A stretch of 64,000 nt of DNA from Gammaproteobacteria bacterium (lineage in GTDB: Bacteria; Pseudomonadota; Gammaproteobacteria; Steroidobacterales; Steroidobacteraceae): NCBI GenBank assembly GCA_028870635.1, contig JAGWPE010000260.1, positions 2,612 to 66,611 on the forward strand, given 5' to 3'. Made by a program: the position numbers and the translations under genes. Below the pieces are notes generated by a model, which saw nothing but the letters and a program-made list of their open reading frames with translations, was not told the origin of the DNA and did not search any database. Shown in pieces: positions 23,969 through 33,447 of this stretch. How positions within the stretch are numbered: the stretch's first letter is position 1; each line of letters begins with the position of its first letter.

Positions 23969-24431
23969 CGATCCTGTTCTCGATGTCCTGCACTCCGGGA
24001 CAGGCGTCGACGAGATCCTCGATCGCGTGCTTCATTCCCCGCTCCGGCACCGTTCCCTGCAGAACCACCTTCGCTGCCGAGACCTCGACCGCCACATCGC
24101 TCGAGTCGATATACGGTGCTTGCCTCAGGCGCTCCGCGATGTCCTCGCGCAGCCGCTCGTCGGATCGCTGATAGCACTTCGGGCCCGGCGGATAGCGGGG
24201 CACGTCCCGCTCCGGCCGGTCGGGCCCGCGGCTCCCGGCGCCAAACCGGTAGTAGCCACCGGTGAATCCCGGTCCGCCGCGGCGCGGCGGATCCGGGCGC
24301 CAGTCCGGACGCCACGGATCCTTCTCGTACTGCCCCTCGAAGCGCTCCTCGCCGTCCGCCGGAGAGTAATGCTGTTGCCGCTCCCGGCCCATGCCCTTAC
24401 CTCTGTCTTGCTCGGATCTCATTTTCGTCAC
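23916..24431 (-). CDS. BON domain-containing stress protein
   Basis: Disordered basic/Pro-rich N-half, then RSDERLREDIAERLRQAPYIDSSDVAVEVSAAKVVLQGTVPERGMKHAIEDLVDACPGVQDIENRI, which is a BON domain. GTG 24431 or ATG 24422. Confidence 0.75.
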   Translation of the reverse strand: MTKMRSEQDRGKGMGRERQQHYSPADGEERFEGQYEKDPWRPDWRPDPPRRGGPGFTGGYYRFGAGSRGPDRPERDVPRYPPGPKCYQRSDERLREDIAERLRQAPYIDSSDVAVEVSAAKVVLQGTVPERGMKHAIEDLVDACPGVQDIENRIAMPGGNPPLAAASSGDT

Positions 24432-24653
24432 CGCCTGATTGCAGCCTGACGCGAAAGCGCCGCCTCGGAGAACTGGCCTGCGGCAACACAGGGGTCCGGC
24501 CGCGGTAGGAATCGTCCGACACGAGCTTGGGAAGCCGCCCCCGTCCGTTCCGCCCCCCGGCCGACTTCAGCGGCGCCCGGCAGCAAGTAACTTGCCCGCA
24601 TGTGCAATGAAACACGAATCGACGCCCCATTGCGGGGCCGGGAAGGGGCGCAA

Positions 24654-25244
24654 ATGGTGACTGACGACATGGTGGCACTGGTGCCGCAGCTTCACACCTT
24701 CGCCCGCTCGCTCTGCCGTGACGGCGTGCGCGCGGACGACCTGGTACAGGAGGCGCTGATGCGCGCCATCAACAACATCCAGCGCTTCAAGCCGGGGACC
24801 AACCTCAAGGCGTGGCTGTTCACCATCGTGCGCAACGAGCATTACTCGCAGCTCCGGCGCAGCAAATTCGAGGCGCAGGGCATGGACATCGAGCTGCTTC
24901 CGGAGCCCAGCGTCCCGCCGGACCACGACGGCAAGCTCGAGCTCCGCGACCTCAACCGCGCGCTTGCCTCGCTGTCGCCCGGCCAGCGCACGGCGCTCAT
25001 CCTGGTGAGCGTGAGCGGCTTCTCGTATGAGGAGGCGGCGGAAATCTGCGGGTGCGCGGTAGGGACGATCAAGAGCCGCGTCGCCCGCGCCCGAGAGACT
25101 CTTCTCGAGATGCTGGAGGGCCGCCAGCCGATGCCGGCGCTGCAGCAGGGACACGAGGACGACCTCGAGGATCCGCTGCTGGGGCAGCTGGGGCACATGG
25201 TCCCCGCCCATCGCCGGCCGCTCCCCGCCCACATCTCCCTGTAG
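24654..25244 (+). CDS. ECF-type sigma-70 family factor (no adjacent anti-sigma gene)
   Basis: MVTDDMVALVPQLHTFARSLCRDGVRADDLVQEALMRAI...WLFTIVRNEHYSQLRR (sigma-2) and LSPGQRTALILVSVSGFSYEEAAEICGCAVGTIKSRVARAR (sigma-4), followed by a ~40-aa acidic/His tail. Confidence 0.85.
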   Translation: MVTDDMVALVPQLHTFARSLCRDGVRADDLVQEALMRAINNIQRFKPGTNLKAWLFTIVRNEHYSQLRRSKFEAQGMDIELLPEPSVPPDHDGKLELRDLNRALASLSPGQRTALILVSVSGFSYEEAAEICGCAVGTIKSRVARARETLLEMLEGRQPMPALQQGHEDDLEDPLLGQLGHMVPAHRRPLPAHISL

Positions 25245-25268
25245 GCTGCCCTACCCGGGCTCTTCTCA

Positions 25269-25469
25269 GCCCGAAAGCAAGTTGGTAAGCCGCTCAGGGC
25301 CGTTCCCTGGGCCGTTCCCCGGGGCCATTCCCTGGGCCGCGGGGTCGAAAGCAGTAATTGGGCTGGCCGCTCGACAAAATCGCCCGGAGCGATTTTGGAC
25401 GGCGGAGCCGGCCCGAAGGGCTAGGCGCAGGACGCGCCTGGCAACCGCCGCAGGCGACTTCGGGCCAAT
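25269..25469 (-). repeat. Structured intergenic repeat, expanded copy B (inverted orientation)
   Basis: The reverse complement reads ATTGGCCCGAAGTCGCCTGCGGCG...CTTCGGGC..., then AAAATCGCTCCGGGCGATTTT..., then GCGGCCCAGGGAATGGCCCCGGGGAACGGCCCAGGGAACGGCCCTGAGCGGCTTACCAACTTGCTTTCGGGC. The order of modules matches copy A, with insertions and four instead of two GGCCCNGGG units. Confidence 0.7.
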
Positions 25470-25482
25470 TAAACTACAGCCC

Positions 25483-27456
25483 ATGCAGCCGCTCAGCCAG
25501 GTTCTGATCCTCCTCGCCGCCGCGGTGCTGCTCGTCACCGTCGCGCGACGGCTCGGGTTGCCGACCACGATCCCGTATCTGCTGGTGGGCCTGGCGCTGG
25601 GGCCGCATGCGTTGGCGGTGGTGGCCAGCACTGCCGCAACGCGAGCGCTCGCCGAGCTCGGGGTCGTCTTCCTCCTCTTCACGCTGGGGCTCGAATTCGC
25701 CTTGCCGCGCCTGATCGCCATGCGGCGCGAGGTGTTCGGGCTGGGCTTCGCCCAGGTGACGGCGACCGCGGCGGTGTTCGCGCTGCTGGCGCGGCTCGGC
25801 GGCATTCCCTGGCCGGCGGCTGTCGTGGTGGGCGGCGCGCTCGCCATGAGCTCGACCGCCATCCTCCTGCACCAGCTCACCGAGCGTGCCGAGCTCAACC
25901 GCACCCACGGCCGGCTCGCCTTCAGCATCCTCCTCTTTCAGGACCTCGCCTTCGTCCCCTTCCTCGCGCTGGCCTCGGCGCTCGCCGCCAGAACCGGCCG
26001 CTTCGACCTGCGGGCCAGCCTGGAGGCGGTGGCCGGCGGCGTGCTCGCGGTGGCGGCGGTGCTGGCCGCCGGCCGCTGGCTGCTGCGGCCGCTCTTTCGG
26101 GAGATGGCTCACAGCCGGCTGCGGGAGCTGTTCACGCTCGCGGTGCTGCTCGTGGTGCTGGCTTCCGCCTGGGTATCGAGTCTCGCAGGGCTTTCGCCGG
26201 GGCTGGGCGCCTTCCTCGCCGGAATGATGCTCGCCGAGACCGAGTACCGGCATCAGATCGAGACGGTGATCCGGCCGTTCCGCGACATCCTTCTCGGGCT
26301 CTTCTTCGTCTCGGTCGGAATGCTGCTCGATGTGCATCTTCTCATCGGCGAGCTGGGAGCGGTCTTCTACTGGCTCGCCGCCATCGTCGTGCTCAAGGCC
26401 GCCGTGGCGGCGCTGGTCGCCCGTCCCTTCACCGGCTCGCGCTTCAAGGCGCTGCGCACCGGGATCGTGATCGCGATCGGCGGTGAGTTCGGCGTGGCGC
26501 TCGGCACGATCGCGCTCGCGACAGGCCTCATTCCGGCGGACTTCGGCCAACCGCTCCTCGTGGCGATCGTGCTCTCCATGCTCTTGAGCCCGCTGGTACT
26601 CAACAACAACAAGCGCATCGCGCGCTTATTGCTGCGGGAATCGGGACCGCCGCGTACCGCGTTCGAGCGCGAGAGCGCCGCGACGAGGGAGATCGGAAGG
26701 CGTGACCACGTCATTCTCTGTGGTTTCGGGCGCGTCGGCCAGAACGTGGCCCGGGTGCTCGAGTCGCAGGGTTTCGAATACATCGCCCTCGATCTGGACC
26801 CGGCGCGCATCGCAGCGGCCCGCCAGGCGGGCGATCCCGTCATGTTCGGCGACTCGGCCGACGAGCAGATCCTGGTGAAGGCGGGCCTCGAGACGGCGAC
26901 GGCGGTGGTGATCAGCTTCTCCGACCCGGCGACCTCCGTCGGAATTCTGCGCAGCATCCGCCGTATGCGGCCCGATGTACCCGTACTGGTGCGCACGCAG
27001 GATGATACCCGGATCAAGGAGCTGCAGGAGGCAGGCGCAACCGACGTCGTGCCGGAGACCTTCGAAGCCAGTCTGATGCTCGTCTCGCACGTGTTGATCC
27101 TGTTGCACGTTCCGGTGTCGCGCGTCGTGCGCACGATGGGCGACATCCGCAGCCACCGCTACTCGGTCCTGAGAAACATCATCCGGCGAGGCGATGCGCG
27201 GCCGCTCGACGAGAGCCACGAGTACCGCGAAGAGATCAAGTCCGTGGTGGTGCCTCCCGGAGCCTGGGCAGTGGGCCGGACGCTGCGCGATGTGCGCGGC
27301 CGCGGTGTCGGCGTGACCTTCACCGGCATCCGCCGCCAAGGCATATTGGGTCGCGAGCCGGCCGGCGACACGGTACTGCGCGACGGCGATGTGGTGGTGC
27401 TCTACGGGCAGCCGGAAGAGCTCGAGCGCGCCGAGTCCGTCTTGCTGGCCGGGTAA
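25483..27456 (+). CDS. Monovalent cation:proton antiporter-2 (CPA2) family, Kef/YbaL-like with RCK (TrkA-N and TrkA-C) domains
   Basis: MQPLSQVLILLAAAVLLVTVARRLGLPTTIPYLLVGLALGP... membrane domain. The Rossmann motif ILCGFGRVGQNVA marks TrkA-N, and the C-terminal segment ...DGDVVVLYGQPEEL marks TrkA-C. Confidence 0.88.
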   Translation: MQPLSQVLILLAAAVLLVTVARRLGLPTTIPYLLVGLALGPHALAVVASTAATRALAELGVVFLLFTLGLEFALPRLIAMRREVFGLGFAQVTATAAVFALLARLGGIPWPAAVVVGGALAMSSTAILLHQLTERAELNRTHGRLAFSILLFQDLAFVPFLALASALAARTGRFDLRASLEAVAGGVLAVAAVLAAGRWLLRPLFREMAHSRLRELFTLAVLLVVLASAWVSSLAGLSPGLGAFLAGMMLAETEYRHQIETVIRPFRDILLGLFFVSVGMLLDVHLLIGELGAVFYWLAAIVVLKAAVAALVARPFTGSRFKALRTGIVIAIGGEFGVALGTIALATGLIPADFGQPLLVAIVLSMLLSPLVLNNNKRIARLLLRESGPPRTAFERESAATREIGRRDHVILCGFGRVGQNVARVLESQGFEYIALDLDPARIAAARQAGDPVMFGDSADEQILVKAGLETATAVVISFSDPATSVGILRSIRRMRPDVPVLVRTQDDTRIKELQEAGATDVVPETFEASLMLVSHVLILLHVPVSRVVRTMGDIRSHRYSVLRNIIRRGDARPLDESHEYREEIKSVVVPPGAWAVGRTLRDVRGRGVGVTFTGIRRQGILGREPAGDTVLRDGDVVVLYGQPEELERAESVLLAG

Positions 27457-27498
27457 GGAGCCCGGCCGGGCCCCTTCCTGCTACCATCCGCCGCTCCC

Positions 27499-30243
27499 GT
27501 GAGCCGCACCGACATTCATTTTCCACCGAAGCACGAAGCCCTGCGCGAGGACGTGCACGCGCTCGGCGCTCTGATCGGGGAGATCCTGCGCGAGCAGGGC
27601 GGGCGGCAGCTCTTCGAGCTTGTGGAGCTCGACCGCCACGCCGCGATCCGCCGCCGCGACGGCGACGCGCAGGCGGCTCTCGAGCTTGCCGCCTCGGTGC
27701 GCGACCGGCCCCCGGCGCTCGCCCGGGACCTCGTCCGCGCCTTCTCCATGTGGTTCCAGGCCGTGAACCTCGCTGAGAAGGTGCACCGCATCCGCCGCCG
27801 CCGCGAATATTTCCGCCAGGACAGCGACAGGCCTCAGCCCTCGGGCGTGGAAGACGGCATCGCCAGCCTGAAGAGCCGTGGCCTGCAGTTCGAGGAGGTG
27901 CTCGGGCTCATCGGCAGTCTGCGCATCGAGCCGGTGTTCGCCGCGCACTCCATGGAGTCGACTCGCCGCACTCTGCTGCGCAAGCAGCAGCGCATAGCGC
28001 AGCATCTGCTCGACAGGCTCGATCCGATGCTGACGCCGCAGGACTCCCGCAATCTCTGGAGCAGCATTCGCATCGAGCTCACCACCGCGTGGCAAACCGA
28101 GGAGCTGCCGCGCGAGCGTTTGACCGTCGGCGATGAGCGCGAGCAGGTCCTCTTCTATCTGATCGAGATCCTGTATCGGGTGGTACCCGCTTTTTACGAG
28201 GAGATCGCGCAGGCGCTCGAGAAGCATTACGGCGTCCCAGCCGATTCCATTGCGCTGCCCGCCATCCTGCGCTTCGGCTCCTGGGTCGGTGGCGACATGG
28301 ACGGCAACCCGGACGTGCATGCGAAGACCATTCGCGAGACCCTCGCCAGGCAACAGCAGGTGATCCTCAACAGTTACTTCGAGGACTGCCGCAAGCTCTC
28401 CCAGCGCCTCTCCCAGAGCGCGGGGCGCATCGCCGTTTCGGCGGAGCTGACCAAGCGGATGGAGGATTACATGACGCTGGCGCCGAGCGCGCGCAGCGTG
28501 ACGCCCGCCCGGCACGACCGCATGCCGTACCGGGTTTTCCTGGCGCAGATCGGCGAGCGGCTGCGGCTGGCTTACGAGGGACGCGCCAATGGCTACGAGA
28601 GCGCGCGTCAGTTCCGCGAGGACGTGCAGCTCATCGGTGCGAGCCTCGCGGCGAACAAGGGCGCCAACGCGGGGCTCTTCTATATCCGCAGACTGCTGCG
28701 CCGCATCGAGACTTTCGGGTTTCACCTGGCGAGTCTCGATGTGCGCCAGCACGCTGGCGTGCTCCACGAGATCATCGCGCGCGGCAACGACGACCCGGCC
28801 TGGCTCGGACGTCCGAGCTCCGAGCGGCGTCAACTGCTCGCTGAGATGCTCGAGAAGGATGCGGGCCCGCGTGTCGATCTTGATGCGCTCGGCAAACGCA
28901 ATCTCGCCGTCTTCGAGGCGTTTGCGCAGGCGAGGCATCGCTACGGACCGGATGCCGTCGGCTACTTCATCGTAAGTGGAGCGCGCGGCGCCGACGATGT
29001 CCTGGCAGCTCTGACTCTCGCTCGCTGGGCATCCGTGTACGACAAGCGCACCGGCCAGGTTGCTCTCGACATCGCACCGCAATTCGAGTCTCTCGATGCG
29101 CTCGAGCGATGCGGTGACATCCTGCGCGAGCTCCTGGCGGAGCCCGTGTACCGCAGGCACCTCGACGCTCACGAGCGCCGGCAATGCGTACTGCTCGGCT
29201 ACTCGGACAGCAACAAGGAAGGAGGGCTGTGCGCGTCGCGCTTTGCCATCCATCAGGCGCAGCGCGCGCTCGCGCAACTGCATACGGCCGAAGGCGACAG
29301 ATACCTGGTGTTTCACGCGCGCGGCGGCAGTATCGCGCGCGGCGGCAGCCGTATCGACGCACTGGTAAGGTCGGCTCCCGCGGGCACCGTCAGCGGCACG
29401 CTTCGGGTGCGCGAGCAGGGCGAGACCGTCAAGCAGGGCTACGGTCTGCGGCCGATCGCGATGCGCACTCTGGAGCGCGCATTCAACGCTCTGAGCCTCG
29501 CAAGTGAGGCGAGCCGTCCGGCCGCGGCGCAGGGACCGGGAACCGCCCCCGCGGACTTCGGACATCTCGAGTGCGCCGCAACCCTGGCCGCGGCGAGCCG
29601 GGAAAGCTACCGGCGCCTTGTCTACGAAAACCGCGAGTTCCACGATTACTTCCGCGCGGTGACGCCCATCGATGTGATCGAGAGAATGCAGGTTGGCTCG
29701 AGACCGGTGCACCGCGAAGACGGCCGCAGCCTGGAGGGCCTGCTGCCGGTGCCATGGGTGTTTGCGTGGACGCAGACGCGCCACATGCTTCCCGGCTGGT
29801 TCGGCGCGGGCGCCGGGCTCGCCGCGGCGTTCGAGCGGCACGGAGCGCAGCGGATGCGCGCTGCGTACTCGGAGTGGTTCTTCCTGCGCAACCTCATCGA
29901 CGACGTCGAGACGATGCTCGCCCGTACCGATCTCGAGATCGCAGCCGCTTATGACGTGCTCGTCCCGGAGCCGCTGCGCCGATTCTCCGCGCGGATCCGC
30001 GCCGAGTTCGAGCGGGCGCGCGCGCACGTCCTGACCCTGAAGGAGAGCACGGAGCTGCTCGACGGCGAGCCGACGCTGCAGCGGTCCATCCGGCTGCGCA
30101 ATCCCTACATCGATCCGATGAACCTCATGCAGGTGGATCTGCTGCAGCGCTGGCGCGCAGGCGGCCGCGGCGACCGCGACCTCTTCGAGGCGCTGCTCAC
30201 GAGCACCGGGGGCATCGCGCAGGGGCTGCAGAGCATCGCATAG
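27499..30243 (+). CDS. ppc: Phosphoenolpyruvate carboxylase
   Basis: 914 aa with a GTG start. Signature motifs LGYSDSNKEGG, FHARGGSIARGG and RLRNPYIDPMNLMQVDLL. Confidence 0.95.
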   Translation: MSRTDIHFPPKHEALREDVHALGALIGEILREQGGRQLFELVELDRHAAIRRRDGDAQAALELAASVRDRPPALARDLVRAFSMWFQAVNLAEKVHRIRRRREYFRQDSDRPQPSGVEDGIASLKSRGLQFEEVLGLIGSLRIEPVFAAHSMESTRRTLLRKQQRIAQHLLDRLDPMLTPQDSRNLWSSIRIELTTAWQTEELPRERLTVGDEREQVLFYLIEILYRVVPAFYEEIAQALEKHYGVPADSIALPAILRFGSWVGGDMDGNPDVHAKTIRETLARQQQVILNSYFEDCRKLSQRLSQSAGRIAVSAELTKRMEDYMTLAPSARSVTPARHDRMPYRVFLAQIGERLRLAYEGRANGYESARQFREDVQLIGASLAANKGANAGLFYIRRLLRRIETFGFHLASLDVRQHAGVLHEIIARGNDDPAWLGRPSSERRQLLAEMLEKDAGPRVDLDALGKRNLAVFEAFAQARHRYGPDAVGYFIVSGARGADDVLAALTLARWASVYDKRTGQVALDIAPQFESLDALERCGDILRELLAEPVYRRHLDAHERRQCVLLGYSDSNKEGGLCASRFAIHQAQRALAQLHTAEGDRYLVFHARGGSIARGGSRIDALVRSAPAGTVSGTLRVREQGETVKQGYGLRPIAMRTLERAFNALSLASEASRPAAAQGPGTAPADFGHLECAATLAAASRESYRRLVYENREFHDYFRAVTPIDVIERMQVGSRPVHREDGRSLEGLLPVPWVFAWTQTRHMLPGWFGAGAGLAAAFERHGAQRMRAAYSEWFFLRNLIDDVETMLARTDLEIAAAYDVLVPEPLRRFSARIRAEFERARAHVLTLKESTELLDGEPTLQRSIRLRNPYIDPMNLMQVDLLQRWRAGGRGDRDLFEALLTSTGGIAQGLQSIA

Positions 30244-30267
30244 CATTCGAGCCGACACGGGGCCCAC

Positions 30268-30762
30268 ATGAGCGACACGATCACGATCCGGCCGGCAACC
30301 CGCGACGATGTTCCCCTCGTACTGGAATTCATCCGCGAGCTCGCCCGCTACGAGCGGCTGGAGCAGGAGGTCTCGGCTTGCGCGGAGGAGTTGGGTGAGG
30401 CGCTCTTCGGCGAGCGCCGCTATGCCGAGGTGGTGTTCGCCTGCAGCGCGGGCGAGCCCGTCGGCTTCGCCCTCTTCTTCCACAACTTCTCCACCTTCAA
30501 GGGACGTCCCGGAATCTACCTCGAGGATCTGTTCGTGCGCCCGCAGGCGCGCGGGCGCGGCATCGGCAAGCGACTGCTCGCGCATCTCGCGCGCACGGCG
30601 GTGGCGAGGCGCTGCGCGCGCCTCGAATGGGCGGTGCTCGACTGGAACGAGCCCTCCATCGGCTTCTACCGCAGCCTCGGCGCGCTACCCATGGACGAGT
30701 GGACGACCTTCCGCCTCACGGGCGATGCGCTCGCATCACTGGCGGGAAGCGCTGCCGGCTGA
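30268..30762 (+). CDS. GNAT family N-acetyltransferase (diamine/SSAT-like)
   Basis: 164 aa with the acetyl-CoA motif VRPQARGRGIGKRLLAHL. LEWAVLDWNEPSIGFYRSLGA. Confidence 0.85.
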   Translation: MSDTITIRPATRDDVPLVLEFIRELARYERLEQEVSACAEELGEALFGERRYAEVVFACSAGEPVGFALFFHNFSTFKGRPGIYLEDLFVRPQARGRGIGKRLLAHLARTAVARRCARLEWAVLDWNEPSIGFYRSLGALPMDEWTTFRLTGDALASLAGSAAG

Positions 30763-31797
30763 AGGGGACTCCGGAGCCGGCGCCGGCGGCGGCGCCCCCG
30801 GCGGCGGCGCCAATCCCTTGGAGTAGATGACGCGCCCCCGGGGGTCGATGAAGACCGCATCGTACTGCGGCATGCGGTCGATTATCGCCAGAGTCTTCTC
30901 CGGCCCCAGAATGAAAGCCGTTTTCGACATTCCATCGGTCTGGGTAGCCGTGGGCGCGATCACCGACGCGCTGCGCACCAGTTGCGCGGAGTGGCCGGTG
31001 AACGGGCTGAGGATGTGATCGTAGCGAACTCCGTTCTGCACGAACCCGCGGTAGTAATCACCCGACGTGGAGATGGCCTCGTTCGCAAGCGGCACCCGCG
31101 TGACGACTTTGGTCAGGTCCCACGGGTCCATGATCGCGACCATCCACGGACGGCCCCTGTGATCGCCCAGGAGCCGGGAATCCCCCCCGGCCGTCACGAT
31201 CGCATTGCGGATGCCCATCGCTTTCAGGATCTCGATGCTGCGGTCGACCACGTAACCCTTGGCGATGCCGCCCAGGCCGATCGCCATGCCGGGCCGGGCG
31301 AAGCGGACGCTGTGGCGTCGGTCATCGAGGATGAGCTGGCGCCAGCCGACGGTGGGTAACAGAGCCTGGATCTCGGCGTCGGTCGGATGAATGTGCCTGC
31401 GGAAGTGATAGAGCCGCCAGACGGACTCGACGGTGATGTCGAAGGCTCCGTCGGTAATTTGCGAGTAGTGCGTCGAGAGCTTGATGAGGCCGTAGAGCTC
31501 CGGGCTCACCACCACCGGATGCTGCGCCGCATGTTCGTTGATCTGCGAGAGCTGGCTGTTCGGCTTGAAGTCGCTCATCACGTCATCGACATGATGCATC
31601 TCGGCCATCACGGCATCGATGGCGGCATTGGCGTGCTTCGGGTTGGTGTCCCACAGCTCGACGTAGATCCGCGTATCCATGATCGCTTGCGTGCGGGAGT
31701 ACCACTCCGCATGAGCCGGCGCCGGCGCGACGGCGAGACAGAGGATGCAGCCCAAGAGTGCTGAAAACCGCCGCAGGCTCGCAGCCGCGCCCTTCAT
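30736..31797 (-). CDS. apbE: FAD:protein FMN transferase (ApbE family), exported
   Basis: MKGAAASLRRFSALLGCILCLAVAPAPAHA signal. IMDTRIYVELW, SQLSQIN, DGAFDITV, GLGGIAKGYVVD, VTAGGD and ISTSGDY are ApbE hallmarks. Pro-rich C-tail. The track ORF starts at 31815. Confidence 0.88.
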   Translation of the reverse strand: MKGAAASLRRFSALLGCILCLAVAPAPAHAEWYSRTQAIMDTRIYVELWDTNPKHANAAIDAVMAEMHHVDDVMSDFKPNSQLSQINEHAAQHPVVVSPELYGLIKLSTHYSQITDGAFDITVESVWRLYHFRRHIHPTDAEIQALLPTVGWRQLILDDRRHSVRFARPGMAIGLGGIAKGYVVDRSIEILKAMGIRNAIVTAGGDSRLLGDHRGRPWMVAIMDPWDLTKVVTRVPLANEAISTSGDYYRGFVQNGVRYDHILSPFTGHSAQLVRSASVIAPTATQTDGMSKTAFILGPEKTLAIIDRMPQYDAVFIDPRGRVIYSKGLAPPPGAPPPAPAPESPSAGSASRQ

Positions 31798-31831
31798 TCC
31801 GTCATTGCTACTCAATGGATTCCCCGGAGCA

Positions 31832-32740
31832 TCAGGCCGGGAAGAAGTCGATCGGCTTGGTCGCGGTGGTGGGATCGACCTTCTCCGGCTCGAAGCGGAA
31901 CAGCATCACGCGCGCGACGATCTCGCGCTCGAGGGCCGGATCGTGCAGCTCGCTCGAGACGACCCGGCACCGCGTCACCACGCCGCTCGGAGCGATTGTG
32001 AACTCTAGCACGAGCTTGCCCTGCAGCATGGGATTCGTGCGCAGCGCGCGCTCGTAGAGAGCGTAGATCGCACCCTTGTTGCGATCGAAGACCATCGCGA
32101 TCTCCTCCTCCGAGCGGCCCGCGGACCCGCCGCGGCCGGCGGCCGGCGAGCGGGCGTTGAGTCCCGACTGCAGGATGGAGGAAGTGACCTTTGCCGCATC
32201 CGGACCGTGCAGCGACCCCGCGCCGCCGCCAAAGCCGCGGCTCATGGGCGCGGCGGTGATCCCCGCGCTCCCCTCCCCGGCCCGGGCGGTAATCAGGGAG
32301 CGCTCCGCGTGAGATTGAGCACCGACGGCGCCGGTGAGGTTCTTCGTCTCTTCGGGCACGTCCGCCATCTGCTGGCGGAGCTCCGCGAGCTGGTCCTTGA
32401 ATTTGTCGATCGAGCGCTCGGCGCGCTCGCGCGCGAGATCGGCGCGCTCCGGCGCGGGTCTCACAGCCTCCTTCGCTGCCGGTCGGGGCGTCACTCTCGG
32501 CTTGGCTGGCGGCTTCGGCGGCGCGGGAGGCTTCAGTTTCTCGATCATGATCCGCGCAAGCTGCGGCGGGATCTCCGTCTCCACGGTCGTAGGCGCGGGC
32601 GTCGGCAGGAGCGGGAACAGGATGCCGAGGATGGCGACGATGACGAGCAGTGTCCGCAGAATGCGGCGAAACCGCCGGCTGGACTCGGGATCCCCGTCCC
32701 AGGCGAGCTCGTACAGACGATGATAGGCGGCCAGGGCCAT
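31832..32740 (-). CDS. TonB-like energy transducer with AgmX/PglI-type C-terminal domain
   Basis: N-terminal TM ILRTLLVIVAILGILFPLL, Pro/Lys-rich spacer KLKPPAPPKPPAKPRVTPRPAAK, and C-domain IAMVFDRNKGAIYALYERALRTNPMLQGKLVLEFTIAPSGVVTRCRVV...FRFEP. Confidence 0.7.
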   Translation of the reverse strand: MALAAYHRLYELAWDGDPESSRRFRRILRTLLVIVAILGILFPLLPTPAPTTVETEIPPQLARIMIEKLKPPAPPKPPAKPRVTPRPAAKEAVRPAPERADLARERAERSIDKFKDQLAELRQQMADVPEETKNLTGAVGAQSHAERSLITARAGEGSAGITAAPMSRGFGGGAGSLHGPDAAKVTSSILQSGLNARSPAAGRGGSAGRSEEEIAMVFDRNKGAIYALYERALRTNPMLQGKLVLEFTIAPSGVVTRCRVVSSELHDPALEREIVARVMLFRFEPEKVDPTTATKPIDFFPA

Positions 32741-32922
32741 GCGCAGCTTCTAGTGTGAAGCGCTGGATCCGGGCTCCTGCCCGGCCCAGCGCGGTCTCGC
32801 GCAAAAAGCGTGGTTTTTGCCCGAGACCCCCGCCACCTGCGGCGGCGGGGCACCTCCCTGTGCCGGGGCTACGATGTCGTGCTGCTTCATGTTCTCTGGG
32901 TCAACATCGAGTCTATGGGAAA

Positions 32923-33447
32923 CTAAGACGACTTCAGATCGGCGGCGGTCACCGCTTTTTCCTTCTCGAGTACGGCCAGCGCGATGTGGCTGTAATCGGC
33001 GACCGTGCAGGTCGACATCACCTTTTTCAGAACCGCATAAGGCAGCGTCTTGTCGGCCATGATGGTCAGTTCCCGGTGCGCGGGGTCCGCCGCCGTGGCC
33101 GTCGCCCCCACGACCTGCTGGCTCTGAAGCGCGGCCTTCAATGCGGCGATCTCATCGCCGGCCTGCGCGAGGACCTGCGGCACGGTGGCCACGCGCTCGC
33201 CCTGCACATAGATGTCGTCCTTCGTGACGGTCACCACGACCGTCGGATGCGGTGACTGTCGCGCGATCGATTCCGGCAGGGGAATGGCCTTGGCGTTGTG
33301 AATGACCTCGACCTGAGTCGCGTACACCAGGAGGAACGCCACCATCACGGTGAGAATGTCGATGAACGGGACCAGGTTGAGCTCGGCGTCGGCGCGGTGC
33401 CGGAGGTGATGCTGCGCCATGCGGCGCGCGCGATTGGAAATGCTCAT
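32923..33447 (-). CDS. exbD: ExbD/TolR family biopolymer transport protein
   Basis: AELNLVPFIDILTVMVAFLLV is an ExbD/TolR TM motif. 4-nt overlap with the upstream paralog. Confidence 0.85.
   Translation of the reverse strand: MSISNRARRMAQHHLRHRADAELNLVPFIDILTVMVAFLLVYATQVEVIHNAKAIPLPESIARQSPHPTVVVTVTKDDIYVQGERVATVPQVLAQAGDEIAALKAALQSQQVVGATATAADPAHRELTIMADKTLPYAVLKKVMSTCTVADYSHIALAVLEKEKAVTAADLKSS

Noticed and set aside
27457-27498. Perfect 12-bp palindrome GCCCGGCCGGGC between the kef-like gene and ppc, considered as a terminator
   Set aside because: It has no loop and no downstream T-run. It could be a protein-binding site, but on its own it is not supportable in GC-rich DNA.
27481-30585. 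1034-aa ORF on the minus strand
   Set aside because: It is exactly antisense to ppc and the GNAT gene. The translation is Arg/Ala/Gly/Leu-rich with no recognisable motifs, whereas the plus strand carries unmistakable PEP carboxylase signatures. This is a typical stop-free shadow frame in GC-rich DNA.
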